Source: Owenia fusiformis (Eukaryota). Taken from it: 64,000 bases of DNA. The translations under genes and the position numbers were made by a program. A model generated the notes under the pieces. It saw nothing but the letters and a program-made list of their open reading frames with translations, ran no database searches and had not been told where the DNA came from. Positions 40,601 to 52,744 of the stretch are shown here, one piece after another. Each line of letters starts with the position of its first letter. Within the stretch, counting starts at the first letter, position 1. The DNA lies in contig CAIIXF020000001.1 of assembly GCA_903813345.2 (NCBI GenBank), positions 38,998,001 through 39,062,000 of the forward strand, given 5' to 3'.

Positions 40601-43600
40601 ATAGGGTAATTTGCAGTTTACATGTTAAGTTCTTACATCTATTTTAACTTTTAGATAAAGAATAATAATTAAGTTGCCAATGGTAAATTAAAAATGAGCA
40701 AACAATGTCAAATGTAAGGCCTGAATTCCTTAATTGCTTGGTCAACCTATGAACCGCCCCTTTGAAGAGAGATATGAAGACATGTTATAATCACTATAAA
40801 GTGGATTAAAATAGTACTTTTTAACCTTTTTGGGGGGACATAATTTATATGTGTTGAACCAACTCTTTAAGAATAATTGAGTCCCTGGAACTCACCTTTT
40901 ACTAACTCAACTGAAAACACTTCTATTGTGGTATGTACATGTTCACTTCCATGTTGCTTGAAAGCAAATGAGCATCTCTCCAGCAATAGATATCTGAAAA
41001 TTCCAGACTAGAGTTTCATATTGCATACAACTACTTGTGTGTTCCTGGCTTGCCAGGATCATTGAGTTTAAGGTTATGTCATCAAAATTAGTAAATGTTT
41101 ACATATTTCCATCATCAGATTTTTGAAATTAGAAAATCTTTAATTAGTATAAAAGAACAGGTTAATATAAATAAATCATTGCAATATAAGGAACATTCAT
41201 GTACATGAACACTTTACTCAAAAATGGAAATATCAATTTGTAGTCTGTATCATGTGTAGAACTAATTGTCTATCTATGATCCCTGCAATGATATTGGCTA
41301 CTCAAGCTTATCAACATGCATATTTATCATATGAATAGAGCTAGTGATTTATTCCCTAAGTCCTTGTATTTATGTTAGTAATAACAAACAGCAGAATGTT
41401 GTATTTGTTTTATTATTGTTTTATTATATCTATTTTATTATTTCTGTTTATTTGTTAATTTCTAGGTCAAAATCCTATATATTATATATTAATGTCATAT
41501 GGGTTAATCAAAATACTAAAAATATTTCTGTCGTTTAAAGTGTATATTTTAAAGAGTGAGTATTATATATTTGTAGCACCAGTTGGAGAATATCAGTTGC
41601 CATTTGCAGATGAAATAGGGACCCACCCAACCTTAGAAGACATCCAGGAGTGTGTAGTACAGAAGAAGAGCAGACCCAAACTGAATGAACAATGGTATAT
41701 GAAACCAGTAAGTATTTGTTATCATTATCCCAACGAATTAGGGGTATAGAGAGGGCTCTGTCCACCGTCTGGGAAATAACTCAAATACTGTTAGACCAAT
41801 ATCTTTTATATTTTACATGTACATGTACAAGTTCTGCTCTAAAGGTCCATTTTCTAATTGGCTGCCATTTAAGTATCAATATACATATATATTGTTCAAT
41901 AAGTTGTCAATATATAGGTTGATGAAGTTGAAAATCTAAATATTGAAATTACATGGAGCCATCTTGAAAAATGGCGGCCGTTGCATACTATTTTACATTT
42001 TTTGCTGTAACTGGAAAACTGGTGGAGCAATTTTGTTGTGATTCGATGTAAATACTCGTAAACATGGCACACTGTCTTATGTCATTTTGAAAATTGCCAC
42101 CAATTTTACATGTGTTTTTTATTATTACTCCAAAAGGAGTGGAGCAATTTTGTTGAAATTTTATATCTCCCTCATTTGGCTGTAAGTGGCCATTTTGAGA
42201 AATGGCTCCCATTTTTATTCATGATATTTGCTTGGCTGGCTGTTCCATGGGATTTGCTATGCCTTGGAGTTGCTGTTATCTAGTGTTAATATTGTTCTTA
42301 AAAATGCCATTTCTGGTTATATTTAAGCCATCCTGATTTTCAAGAGTGTGATTTCACAAAGCTTTTATGTCTTGAATCTGAACACTCGGATTCATTGCTC
42401 CTATGCTATAGCATGAAGCTGCCTTTTGCCAGTGAATAACATATTAGAATCCTGAACTAAGAAAAACAACAGATGATCTTCTTTACAAATGCTGCAGTAA
42501 ATATCAATTCATTGCATTTCTTTTGTAAACAACATTTATGCAGAGGCAGCTGTAAAATGTACTTTAGCCTTCCATACCGACTCACTGAGACCAATCCATA
42601 CAATGTGCACAAGTTAAAACAATGTTATTTTGGTAAACAAGTACATAAATTATGGTATCAAATACCAGTTGACGGATTTGGTTCAAATTTTATAGGCTTG
42701 TGCCTAGTGTGTGTAGGACCTATGCCCGAGAAGGATTTGGTTCAAATTTCATGCTGATGCTTTAGGGACATAAAACTCTGCTCAAGTTAAGAAGGAATTT
42801 TCATGATTCTCAATTCAAAATTGCTGCCATTTTTAATGAAAAAATGTAATTTTTGATAGGTTAAATACTAGTTATAGAATTTGGTGCAAATTATCTATGC
42901 TGTTGAAAAAGGAATTTTCAAAATAACTGCTGCATTCATAATGGCTGCCTTTATTTCTTTTATTTTGATAACTCAAATGCAATGTGTGCTGATGTCTGCC
43001 AATGCCTTATTGGCACAAGACTCGGGTGAAGAATAAATGCTGAATTCATAATGGCTGCCTTTATTATCCCACCGAACGAAGTTCGAGGGGGATATAGAAA
43101 AGCCGTCCGTCCGTTTGTTCGTCCGTCCGTTCGTCCGTCCGTTCGTGTGTCCGGGCAATAACTCAAATACCGGTTGACGGATTTCATTCAAATTTTATAG
43201 GCTTATGCCTTATGGGTGTAGGACCTCTGCTCGAGAAGGAATTTTCAATATGGCCGCTTAATTCAAAATGGCGGCCATTTTTCGGAAAAAATATGATCTT
43301 TAATAACTCAAATACTAGTGGATGGATTTGGTTCAAATTTTATATGCTGTTGCCTGGGTACAAAGGAGCCTTGCTCAAGAAGACATTTTCAAGATTGCCA
43401 CCAAATTTCAAAATGGCGGCCATTTTTCGTAAAAATCCGTTATCTTTGATAACTCAAATACCATTGAATGGATTTGGTTCAAATTTTAGATGCTGATGCC
43501 TAGGGACATAGGAGCTCTGCTTGAGAAAGGATTTTCAAGATGGCAGTTAAATTTCAAAATGGCGGCCATTTTTTGTAAAATAACATTATCTTTGATAACT

Positions 43601-45167
43601 CAATTACCATAGAATGGATTTAGTTCAAATTTTACATAATGATGCCTAGGAACATAGGAGCTCTGCTCGAGAAGGGATTTTCAAGGTGGTAGCTAAATTT
43701 CAAAATGGCCGCCATTTTTCATAAAAGAAGGTAACCTTTGATAACTCAAATACCAGTTGACGGATTTGGTTCAAATTCTTTATGCTGATGCCTAGAGACA
43801 AAGAAGTTCTGCTCAAAAATAAATTTTCAAGATGGCCCTTGAATTTTAAAATGGCCGCCATTTTTCGTAAAAAAATGTAATTAATGATAACTCAAATACC
43901 AGTGGATGGATTTGGTTCCAATTTTATATGCTGATGTTTAGGGAAAAAGGAGATCTGCTTCAGAAGAAATTTTAAAGGCTTTAGCTGAATTTCAAAATGG
44001 CTGCCATTTTTCATTAAAAAAGTAATCTTTGATAACCCAAATACCATTGGACTGACATTCTCTGCTAAAGAAGAAATCTAAAGATGACAGCTGAATTTCA
44101 AAATGGCAACCATGTTTCATAAAAACATAATCTTTGATAATTCAAATACCAGTGGATGAATTTGGCTCAAATTTTTTATCAAAACATGTTTTGTTCGGTG
44201 GGATTTGCTACTCCGTGGAGTTGCTGTTTTTCTAGTTTCTTTTATTTTGATAACTCAAACGCAATGTGTGCTGATGTCTGCCAATGTCTTATTGGCACAA
44301 GACTCGGGTGAAGAATAACTGCTGAATTCATAATGGCTGCCTTTATTTCTTTTATTTTGATAACTCAAATGCAATGTGTGCTGATGTCTGCCAATGCCTT
44401 ACTGGCACAAGACTCGGGTGAAGAATAAATGCTGAATTCAAATTGACTGTCATTTTTCAGGAAAATTATGAAATACCAGTAACCAGGTAACCATTAGTAT
44501 AGTCCAAATTTAATACTCTTGTGTTTTATGGTCATAAGACCTCTGGTCAAGAAAGAATTTAATAATGGCATCAAGTCACATCATGGGTGTAGATTTTGCC
44601 TAAATGAGACAATTCTATCAATGTAATGTCCAAAATGACGAGGTATTCAATCTTATATGTTTTGTTCGGTTGGATTCGTTACTCCGTGGAGTTGCAGTTT
44701 TTGATTCCACCCTATAAAATGTCAAAATGCACTGAGGATGATTTTTGTAAGAGAATTCATTACAAAACTGCAGGATGTAATTTTGGGGACATTTTTTATG
44801 AATTTGTGAATAGGTACTGTTTTTGAGCAATGCTGATTTTTACAGGTTTTCACATCTCTAACAGGGATCCTTCACGAAGCAGTGGCCCTCCTCAAAAATC
44901 TATTCCACGTAATGATAATTTATTAACCCAGATATTAACATGTCTAGTGTTGTATGCTTGCAGGCTCTAGCAGCTCTTTGTGACACCATAGAGGACTGCT
45001 GGGATCATGATGCCGAGGCTCGCCTAACAGCACGTTGTGTAGAAGAACGATTAAGTCAACTCACTAAGACAATGTCTACCTCATCATGTAACCCTCCACC
45101 AGTAATTCGGTCATCAAGTAGTCAGTCTTTAATTGAGAAGGAGGACGAATTAAGCATTACAGTATAG
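19645..45167 (+). CDS. ACVR2: Activin receptor type II (TGF-beta family Ser/Thr kinase receptor), 6 coding exons, 526 aa
   Basis: Exons 19645-19705 ([21 protein letters not shown], phase 1, completes a signal peptide with GMMTA), 31193-31540 (Cys-rich ectodomain, [17 protein letters not shown]), 33043-33740 (TM helix, [25 protein letters not shown]), 35705-35843 ([28 protein letters not shown]), 41577-41707 and 44964-45167 ([10 protein letters not shown]). Total 1581 nt, phases consistent, no GS box and no long BMPR2-type tail. Exon 1 is less certain than exons 2-6. Confidence 0.93.
20484..21473. mobile_element. hAT5-like MITE split by a nested insertion
   Basis: CTACC|CAGGCCCGTAGCCA ... GGCTACGGGCCTG|CTACC. 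The body matches the reverse complement of the intact copy at 46842-47053. Confidence 0.75.
20678..21460. mobile_element. Academ-like non-autonomous element (TAG..CTA termini, GGC TSD)
   Basis: GGC|TAGGTCTAACCTCC ... GTTGAACTA|GGC. Imperfect ~35-bp inverted repeat at 20680-20713 vs 21361-21395, terminal hairpin 21388-21448, CpG-rich. Confidence 0.55.
23678..27460. mobile_element. Academ-derived 3.8-kb palindromic element, both arms carrying a decayed transposase 3' end
   Basis: TAG|TAGCGGAATCAATTGGTG ... CACCAATTGATTCCACTA|TAG. Arms about 23678-25227 and 25685-27460. Both encode [25 protein letters not shown] (XPG/H3TH-like), PSPxLWGW and a Cys-rich CGCTKC..NCKC..CTELC.C tail, with stops and frameshifts. 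Confidence 0.8.
28765..29279. mobile_element. Transib-like palindromic MITE
   Basis: ATAAC|CACTGTTCCACAACT ... AGTTGTGGAACAGTG|ATAAC (CAC..GTG ends, 5-bp TSD), long imperfect arms, second copy at 60898-62632. Confidence 0.8.
34203..34774. mobile_element. TTAA-flanked element with very short TIR (Kolobok-like)
   Basis: TTAA|AGGGT ... ACCCT|TTAA; CpG-richer than its flanks. Confidence 0.55.
35941..38944. mobile_element. 3-kb foldback element with ~140-160-bp internal subrepeats (superfamily uncertain)
   Basis: ATA|TACTGGATGAGCGTGGTGTAAAAGTGGTTTTGAAAAGT ... ACTTTTCAAAACCACTTTTACACCCCGCTCATCCAGTA|ATA. Inverted arms exceed 1 kb; a TA-TSD reading is also possible. Confidence 0.85.
42935..44440. 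repeat. 110-bp tandem repeat (3 copies) interrupted by a HINE
   Basis: Unit TTCATAATGGCTGCCTTTATTTCTTTTATTTTGATAACTC..GACTCGGGTGAAGAATAAATGCTGAA starts at 42935, 43045 (split) and 44327. Confidence 0.85.
43064..44235 (+). mobile_element. HINE/DINE-1-like element, copy 2
   Basis: TTATCCCACCGAAC, (GTCC)n, about 7 tandem ~145-bp units, then GTTCGGTGGGAT with ACTCC-GT-GGAGT hairpin and CTAG end. Confidence 0.8.
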
Positions 45168-45879
45168 AGATACTCTATTTTATACATGACCGCATCTTAT
45201 AGCTATTCTGAAGACGTCCTCACATACTCACAACATGGAGAATCATAAGAATTTCAAGGCTAATAATCAAAACCTGAATTGCTGACCAGTTGTCATGTTG
45301 TGTTCCTACATATGCTACATGTTGATCAGCTTGTTAATAGTAAAATCACTGGGCTTTGTCCAGTGGTCAGAACTTATGCCATATCCTGACTTACATCCAT
45401 GTCAGGACGGACATTTGGCTACATAAAAAAGACATTCACATGCTGTACATGTGTTAAATATGAGAAAGTGGTAAAGTATTGAAACTTAAAACTCCAGGTT
45501 GAGATAAGCTAATATTGAGCCACCCTGTTCAGGTGACATTCATTGTCACTTCTCACCAGTACTCTACCTTTGAGAATTGTGACATTGTATGCTGATTAAA
45601 TGAGGAACATTGTCTATATGCTTGAAGTAGACACTCGAAGTGAAGCAAGTATTCTTGGATACTAAATGACACAACAAACTAAAAAATGAGGAAAATGCTG
45701 CATAAGGTTCAAATGAACACATTAAATGGAGGGCTTTAGTGAGCTTAATGACTTTCAGAGAATGTTCTTTGTAAACTGGAATTAGATACACGACAAGGTT
45801 AAAGTGTTGCATAAACTTGGTATAGACCACCACATGATGAAAGAGCTATGGAAGCTTGTCCAAGGACATGCTAAATGAT

Positions 45880-46175
45880 GAAGTGCTAAATTTGCCTGAA
45901 TTGGAGACTCTGAATAATGAAAGAACATGTACTCCATAAGCCTGAAACGGATGCACTAAATAATGAAAGTGCCTGAAATGGACACTTTAAATAATGAAAA
46001 TGCTCTACAAGCCTGGAATCGACACCCTAATGAAAGTGCTACATACGCCTGAAATGGGAACCCATAATGAAAGTGCCCGAAATGGGCGCCCCAAGTAATG
46101 AACAAGCCTGAGATGGATACAATAGGTGATGAATGCCTGAAATGAACTATGTTCTCTGTAATCTTGAAATGAATG
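45880..46175. repeat. Degenerate ~30-45-bp tandem repeat downstream of the ACVR2 stop
   Basis: Recurrent GCCTGAAATGG..AATAATGAAAGT. Confidence 0.65.
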
Positions 46176-46841
46176 CTGAATTTAGAGCTTAGTACAGCAC
46201 ATATTCATAATATAGGAGCCTCTGAATGTTATACCTCTGATACATTTCACTATTTTGCATCATCAAGCTGCCTATGTAAGGTTTATGTTAAGGATATGAA
46301 ACCATGTGCCTGGAAAGCAAGGGAGAACAGGAAATGATAGAAATGTGATGAACATTGTAAAATGACTGAATGTGAAAAATCAGAAGTTTCGCAATTCAGT
46401 TATGTAAATGATAAGGATAGAATGATGAACCAAACATGAAGTGGGGTGGTGCCCAAACTATTGTTGCTCTGGAGTGTTCTGGAGAAGCAGCCCCTCGAGT
46501 ATTGTGTAAAAAGTGTACATAAAAAAACTTATAAGATCAGTGAACCTTTATCTTACAGGTACATGTATCCTACATGTTTGCTATATAATATACAGGAGAC
46601 AAGTATTTAGCATTAAGTTATTATTTTATTATGTCATCTATGGAAAACTGCTACTGCACCAAAGTCCTTGATTGAGAAAGAGAATAGCTTAGTCTATGGA
46701 CTCAATACAATTGCCTTTCAGTTAGTGAGATATCAAACAATGAACCTCAATTGAATTTAATGGATGAACTAGCATCGTGTCTAGTTTTTGATACAGTTAT
46801 AACGATGGTAGGGTTGTGTGAGTATGACTTTACACCTGTAG

Positions 46842-47053
46842 CAGGCCCGTAGCCAGGATTTGCCAAGGGGGGGTTCAATTTTCAAAAATTTCCAGGGGGG
46901 GGTTCACATTTGACAATTTTGGCCCAAATTAGGTTAAAATCACTAGAGAAGTGCTCAAAATGGTCAAAAACTGCATGATTTTGAAAGAATTTTTGGCCTG
47001 GGGGGGTTCGTCCTAACCCTGCGAACCCCCCCCCCCCCCTGGCTACGGCCCTG
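46842..47053. mobile_element. hAT5-like MITE, intact copy
   Basis: TGTAG|CAGGCCCGTAGCCAGG ... CCTGGCTACGGCCCTG|TGTAA (TSD matches at 4 of 5 bases). Confidence 0.8.
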
Positions 47054-48017
47054 TGTAAGAGTTCTACCCATAATGGCTTCCATATTGTCATATTCTTTCA
47101 ACGTTATACATTTGAAAGTATTCAACTGCTTGAATTGCTTTCAATTGTTTGAACCTATCTTGGTTAGAACTGTTTCAAAGAGTGTTTTTAAGTTGTGTAA
47201 CTTCTTATGCTGTACATATATATAAATATTCAAATCCACATCTGTATAGTTGTTTGATCCTTAAACTTTTTCCGCTGAAGTTTCTGCTCCAAGCAAAACT
47301 GACAAAAATCTCTTCCCATATCATTTTCTCAGTTGTTGATGTCATCCAAAGAATAATAATTAGCAAAGTTGCATGGTAGAGCAGCTGTATTCTTTCATTT
47401 TTTCCAAACAATTTCTTGATGATTTATAAAGTTTTCTGAATTTATCATCGCAATAAACGAACGGTTCAACCTGATCCTGTGTAATAAGTGAAAATCTTTC
47501 AACTTTATAGCTGTGGAACTTGATAACATATACTACAATGGGTTACTTTACATTATCTACATGCTTACATCATTAGGATTTAGTTCTAGATTTGAATTCA
47601 GGGTAAAATGTAAGTGTGGTACGGTGCAAAGAAAATGAGTATAGAGAATGGCATGATTTGCAGCTGTTGCAGATTGCTTATTTTAACTGTAAACCTGAAT
47701 TACCCTTAAATATCAGGATAATCTGTAATCTGATTATTTAACAATTTCATCACAATATGTACAAGTACTAATCTTGTGAGACGTCTACGCAATATATGCT
47801 GTTTACAGTCTTAAGTTGACCATTTGAATAATATATTATGTAATTTCTGTGACCTGATGCGACATGTTATTTAGATAACCTTCAAACTGAACCTTTTACC
47901 ATCTGTATTTATCGGACTCTTGATAATTCACCTACACTCTCTTTTCCATAAAGGATACTTGTCTCCCTCAGGAAGATTTTTGGTTGTGGTTTCATTGGAA
48001 ATCAAATTTTGCTCATT

Positions 48018-48482
48018 TTATTATGTCCCCACCATATAGTGTGGGGCCATATTGTCCACCAAGGCACCTATGTCGATCCATCCATCTGGCCTGTCCATTC
48101 AACAGTTCTCTCCAAAACAGCTACAGATGTCACCTTCAAATAACTTCAGAAATTACTTTTGGGTACATACAGTTAATTTTAGAGATTATTCTTGAACTAA
48201 TTAGTTTTTATTAGATCTTCAGTTCTAAAATCTTGTCTGTAAAGTCTTGTCTACTTGTTTGGCGAAGTGTTTGATGGATTTTTTCAAATTTTCAGGAATG
48301 ATTCTTTGTAGGTAAATTTCAAACTGATTAGTTTTTGGGGATTCTGGGTAAAGATGGCCATTTTGGATTTTTCATCCTAAAATCTTGTCTCTTCAACCGA
48401 TTAATGTTGGGCATTCAGGATGAAAAAGTTTTATAGGATTACCCATTGATGGGGACATTTTGTACACATTTGTGTCCTTGTT
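48018..48482 (+). mobile_element. HINE-like element of a third family
   Basis: 5' TTATGTCCCCACCATATAGTGTGGGGCCATATTG hairpin; 3' ATGGGGACAT subTIR plus ACACATTTGTGT hairpin; core related to the repeat at 1-300. Confidence 0.55.
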
Positions 48483-50100
48483 GAAGTGGCTATTACATTT
48501 TTAATTTGATTAAATTCTCATGTAGTATAGTGTATATCTAGAGAACAAGATAAAAAACCTTGGTTGAAACAAAACTCAAGTGAATAAAACCATATCTGTC
48601 TTGGATATTTTTTTGTAATACGCATATGAACATCAACAAGCGGAGATCCATGTGATTTTTTATTTAGCATTATATTTATTTCATGTTCTATTTCTTTGGT
48701 TTGATAACAATTATGTACATACATGAAACCACCCGGTGTTAGCATAACAGTATAATGAAACTGAAGTAAATAATTATGTAAGCATGATCAAGATTGTATA
48801 AAGTGTGAATGGTGTTATCATATAAAAACAATGTATATATTTACCTCATGCAGCTCTAACAAATTATAAACGTTATATTTTTGGAGAGAGTAATTTTACG
48901 AACTGCATTATTTCACCTATCAAATCCTGATTTTATATTGGGAGAATACCTGAATTTTATCGCACTTAAAAGTGCTATATGTTGTCTTGGTCAGATGGGC
49001 TGATATATGAATTAGTCCTAGCTGAGTGATAGCATCAAAATGGTTTGGTCATTTAGATTTGAATTTCACAGATGTAAGAGAAGTTAAGGGTCAGGCCTTG
49101 TTTGGTAAGATGTTGGGCATTGTGGGTAAATTACGAGGCAGCCATTATCTGTTGAGTCAGCACAAAGTTGTTCTTTTTTCAAATTTTCAGGAATGTTTCT
49201 TTGAACCAGTTCTTCCAAGTTCTTGTCACTGCAATTCAAGGTAACAAGGTAACAAGGTAAACAAAAGGAATTAGTACAAAAAGATATTTACTGTTTGCAT
49301 ATGAAAATGTAGACATGATTTTTAGTAATGGTATATAATAAATATTTTGTCAACCAATGATCGTGATTCTACGCAAACGATTCAAGGGATGCATTTTAAA
49401 TCTAGCGGGTTGCTTCTCTATAATCTTGATCTGACTGACTCTTCATGTTCAAATTGATGAGTGATTTGATGAAATATGCTTTGTTCTGTGAGATTTGCTA
49501 CTGCTTTTTCTAGTTGTGTAAGCATATAAGGTGAGAATAGCACACCATACTTTATGCTTTTAAATGAATTTTATCCTCCTGATTGTTCTAACAATGAATT
49601 CTAGATTCTTTGTTTACCAATTAAAACCTTTATATACAGTAAACATGTAATAAAGTAACCAAAATAGGATTGGATGCTACCATTTGAAAGCTGCAAATTC
49701 TTCCTTGCACATTGTCTTTTGAATTGTCTTCCGGTTTATTACTTTAACTTTTTAATTTTCAAAAAGATGCTATTTCTTGTCAAAGTTCTGGATCTTTTAA
49801 TTATTTTAACTTGTTTGTAAGTGCAATAAGGGTTACATACTAATATAGATGATATAACCTGACACATGAGACAATATCATGGCATGTAAACATATATCAA
49901 CTGATCTGTTCACAATAACATTGTTGAACTTTTAACCTCAATTAATACCAGTCCATGTATGTACAAGTGTTGTAAATAGTGTATGGACCGCTATGTGTCA
50001 TCCCTCAATGTTATGAACATAAGAATATGATATAGACAGTAATGTTTCAGTTTGCATCAACTTTAGCTTATCCGACATTTGAGAACCTCATGAAGTATAA

Positions 50101-50875
50101 TTATCCCAACGAACAAAGTTCGTTAGGGATATAGTGAAGCCCTCCGTCCGTCCGTCTGTCCGTCAGTCTGTCAGTCCGTCAGTCCGTCCGTCTGTCCGGA
50201 AGATAACTCAAATACTAGTTGACAGATTTTCTTCATATTTAGTGGAAAGATGTATATTGGTGAATAGTTTTACGCAAAAAAAAAAATTTCAAGATGGCTG
50301 CCGCTTTAAAAATGACGGGACTTTTTCGCAAAAATCATAAATTTTTCATTCTACACCAAAGTAATTAATATTATTGTTTGAAATTTTGGTAGTGTATTCA
50401 CAACATTTATCTATTTCACATATATTCCGTGTTTTTCATCCTGACCCCCAGGGGCCATGTATGGGGGGACAGGAAAACAGAAATTTTCGCTAATTTTTAG
50501 ATCTTTCTGAAGTATAGCTTTATTATACTCAAATGAAAGGCAATTAAAAGTATATTGCAAATATTGTATCTTTTTTCTGATTCGAGCCTCGTAAAATTCA
50601 AAATGGCCGTCTAATGTACGATTTCGCAATAATTTTTCGATCCCTTCAAAGTATGGCTATATTATACTCCAATTGAAGGAATTTTGGAGTAGATCACAAT
50701 TATGGTTTCAGATTTGTACCTCAGAAAATTCAGAATTGCTGCTTTGCAGGAATTTGCAATTCTAAAATCTAATTTTTTCATTTTCACCAAAGTAATGAGT
50801 ATAATTGATTGGAATTCGGTAATTGATATTTTGTTCGTTGGGATTTGCTACTCCGCGGAGTTGCCGTTATCTAGT
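50101..50875 (+). mobile_element. HINE/DINE-1-like element, copy 3
   Basis: TTATCCCAACGAAC, (GTCY)n, 3' GTTCGTTGGGAT with ACTCC-GC-GGAGT hairpin and CTAG end. Confidence 0.78.
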
Positions 50876-52744
50876 TAGTATTATGTATATACATTATATT
50901 TCAGTATATACAATAACAATGTTAACCTCAAAGCAATGTTAACCTCATAGTGTCAACATGCGACAACCTCATTTAGTAGTGAAACCATATGAGTGCTTGT
51001 ATAATATTTAAACCAATCACATTAAATCTTGAATTTGTCATCCTCTGAGTCTGAACATACAATATACGTCTCAATTGTTTGTGTATGGTGTACAAGATGT
51101 GATGTTCGGTTTTAAACACAAAGATGACGTCAACATAATATTTTTATGTTAACCAAGAAATACCTGATAGTTCTAGTGGCCTTCATCATTTACAGTTTCT
51201 GTACATGTGACAATAAAGCAATCTAAATAGTCTGCCAACTACCTCATTATATTTCCATTATGGTGATACTTTGCCTATAATGGTGATATTTGCCATAATG
51301 GTAGTATTTCCCTTAATGGTGATATTATTATCCATATTGCTAATATTAGAGATAGTTTTTCACCAGTAATTATGTTCTCCATAATGGTGATATTTTCTGC
51401 AACGGTAAATTCCCCCCCATGGTTTTAGAATATTATAATGTTAATGCCAAAATGTTACGGGTGTGGTATATTAAGTGAATCCGTTTGTCCGTCTGTCTGG
51501 GCAGTAACTCAATGCTACATCCTAATGTTTGGCCCAACCCCCATAGGCAAGGACTGCAAGAAATATCAGAAATGGAAATGCTATTAAAAAAAATTGAATT
51601 TGAAATAAAATATATTTTTATTTGCCAAATGAAAGAAATAGTGAGAATGAAACGATTCTTGTGTGCCTATTTTTATGGGGGTCAGAATTAGCATAGCTTG
51701 TTCATAAGACTGTGAAAATCCAAGACGCCAAGGTAAATAATAATCATGGTTCTAAACAAAATCACTGAAGAAGTTTATATATTTAGCAGACATCTATTTT
51801 TGTATATTTTTTTTCTATTGTAATGATTACATGGTTAGAGTTTAAGAGCACTGGAGCTGTTACAGTTTGTTGATAAATGTACAGGGTGTCCATTAGTCTC
51901 TTTACAATTAGAATACAAAGTCTGTGTAAAGAGACTTTATGGGACTCTCTAATACTTTTATACATGCACCTGATTGGTAACTTAGTGATTTTATCTCTTA
52001 ATTGTTCACTTAGTATGTTATGTATGGCTATCTGGAATAGATTTATACATCAATGGTATTTGGTATTGAGAAAAGATGTCGAAACATGTTCATTGAATTG
52101 CATACAAGGAGGGTTAAACAGTGTGTCAAGAAAAGGAAATCAAACATGTCAAGTTACTTTTCAGATCATTTAAGGATTTGCAATTCCCATTTTTATCAAA
52201 CAGTACCTTTATTATGTCTTTAACTGACAAGACTTTTAACCCATACCCTCATATAATACAATGTGTAAAGTTAGTATTGTATAAACACTGGCTGTGCAGC
52301 CCTACTGTGACAGAAAGATTTTAGTTGATGAATGTGTTGCCTATCATGATGAATATAAGCACATGTACATATGGGAGTACATGTTTAAAGAAAACGATTT
52401 ATATTTACAGCCAATTTTAATTGTTATTAATGTATTAAAAAGAAATTTATTCATGTTGTTCAGTTAATAATAATGAAGTTACATTGCAATTTTAGTATTT
52501 AACACATGTAACAAGGGCTAATATTGTTGTGTTTTAGGTCAACTAAAAGGGTTTCAGACTTGAACAAGCTGTCAATCGGCACTTAGCAATTTGACATATA
52601 TTGCCTGAGTCCCATTTGCTTCGATTCATCGGCTGCCACATGACTTATTGACTATTTTGTTTAAAACCGAAAACAATTTTGAACAAAATATTCAATCAGC
52701 TGATGAATTGGAGCAAATGTGATTCAGGCATATGATCTTATATA

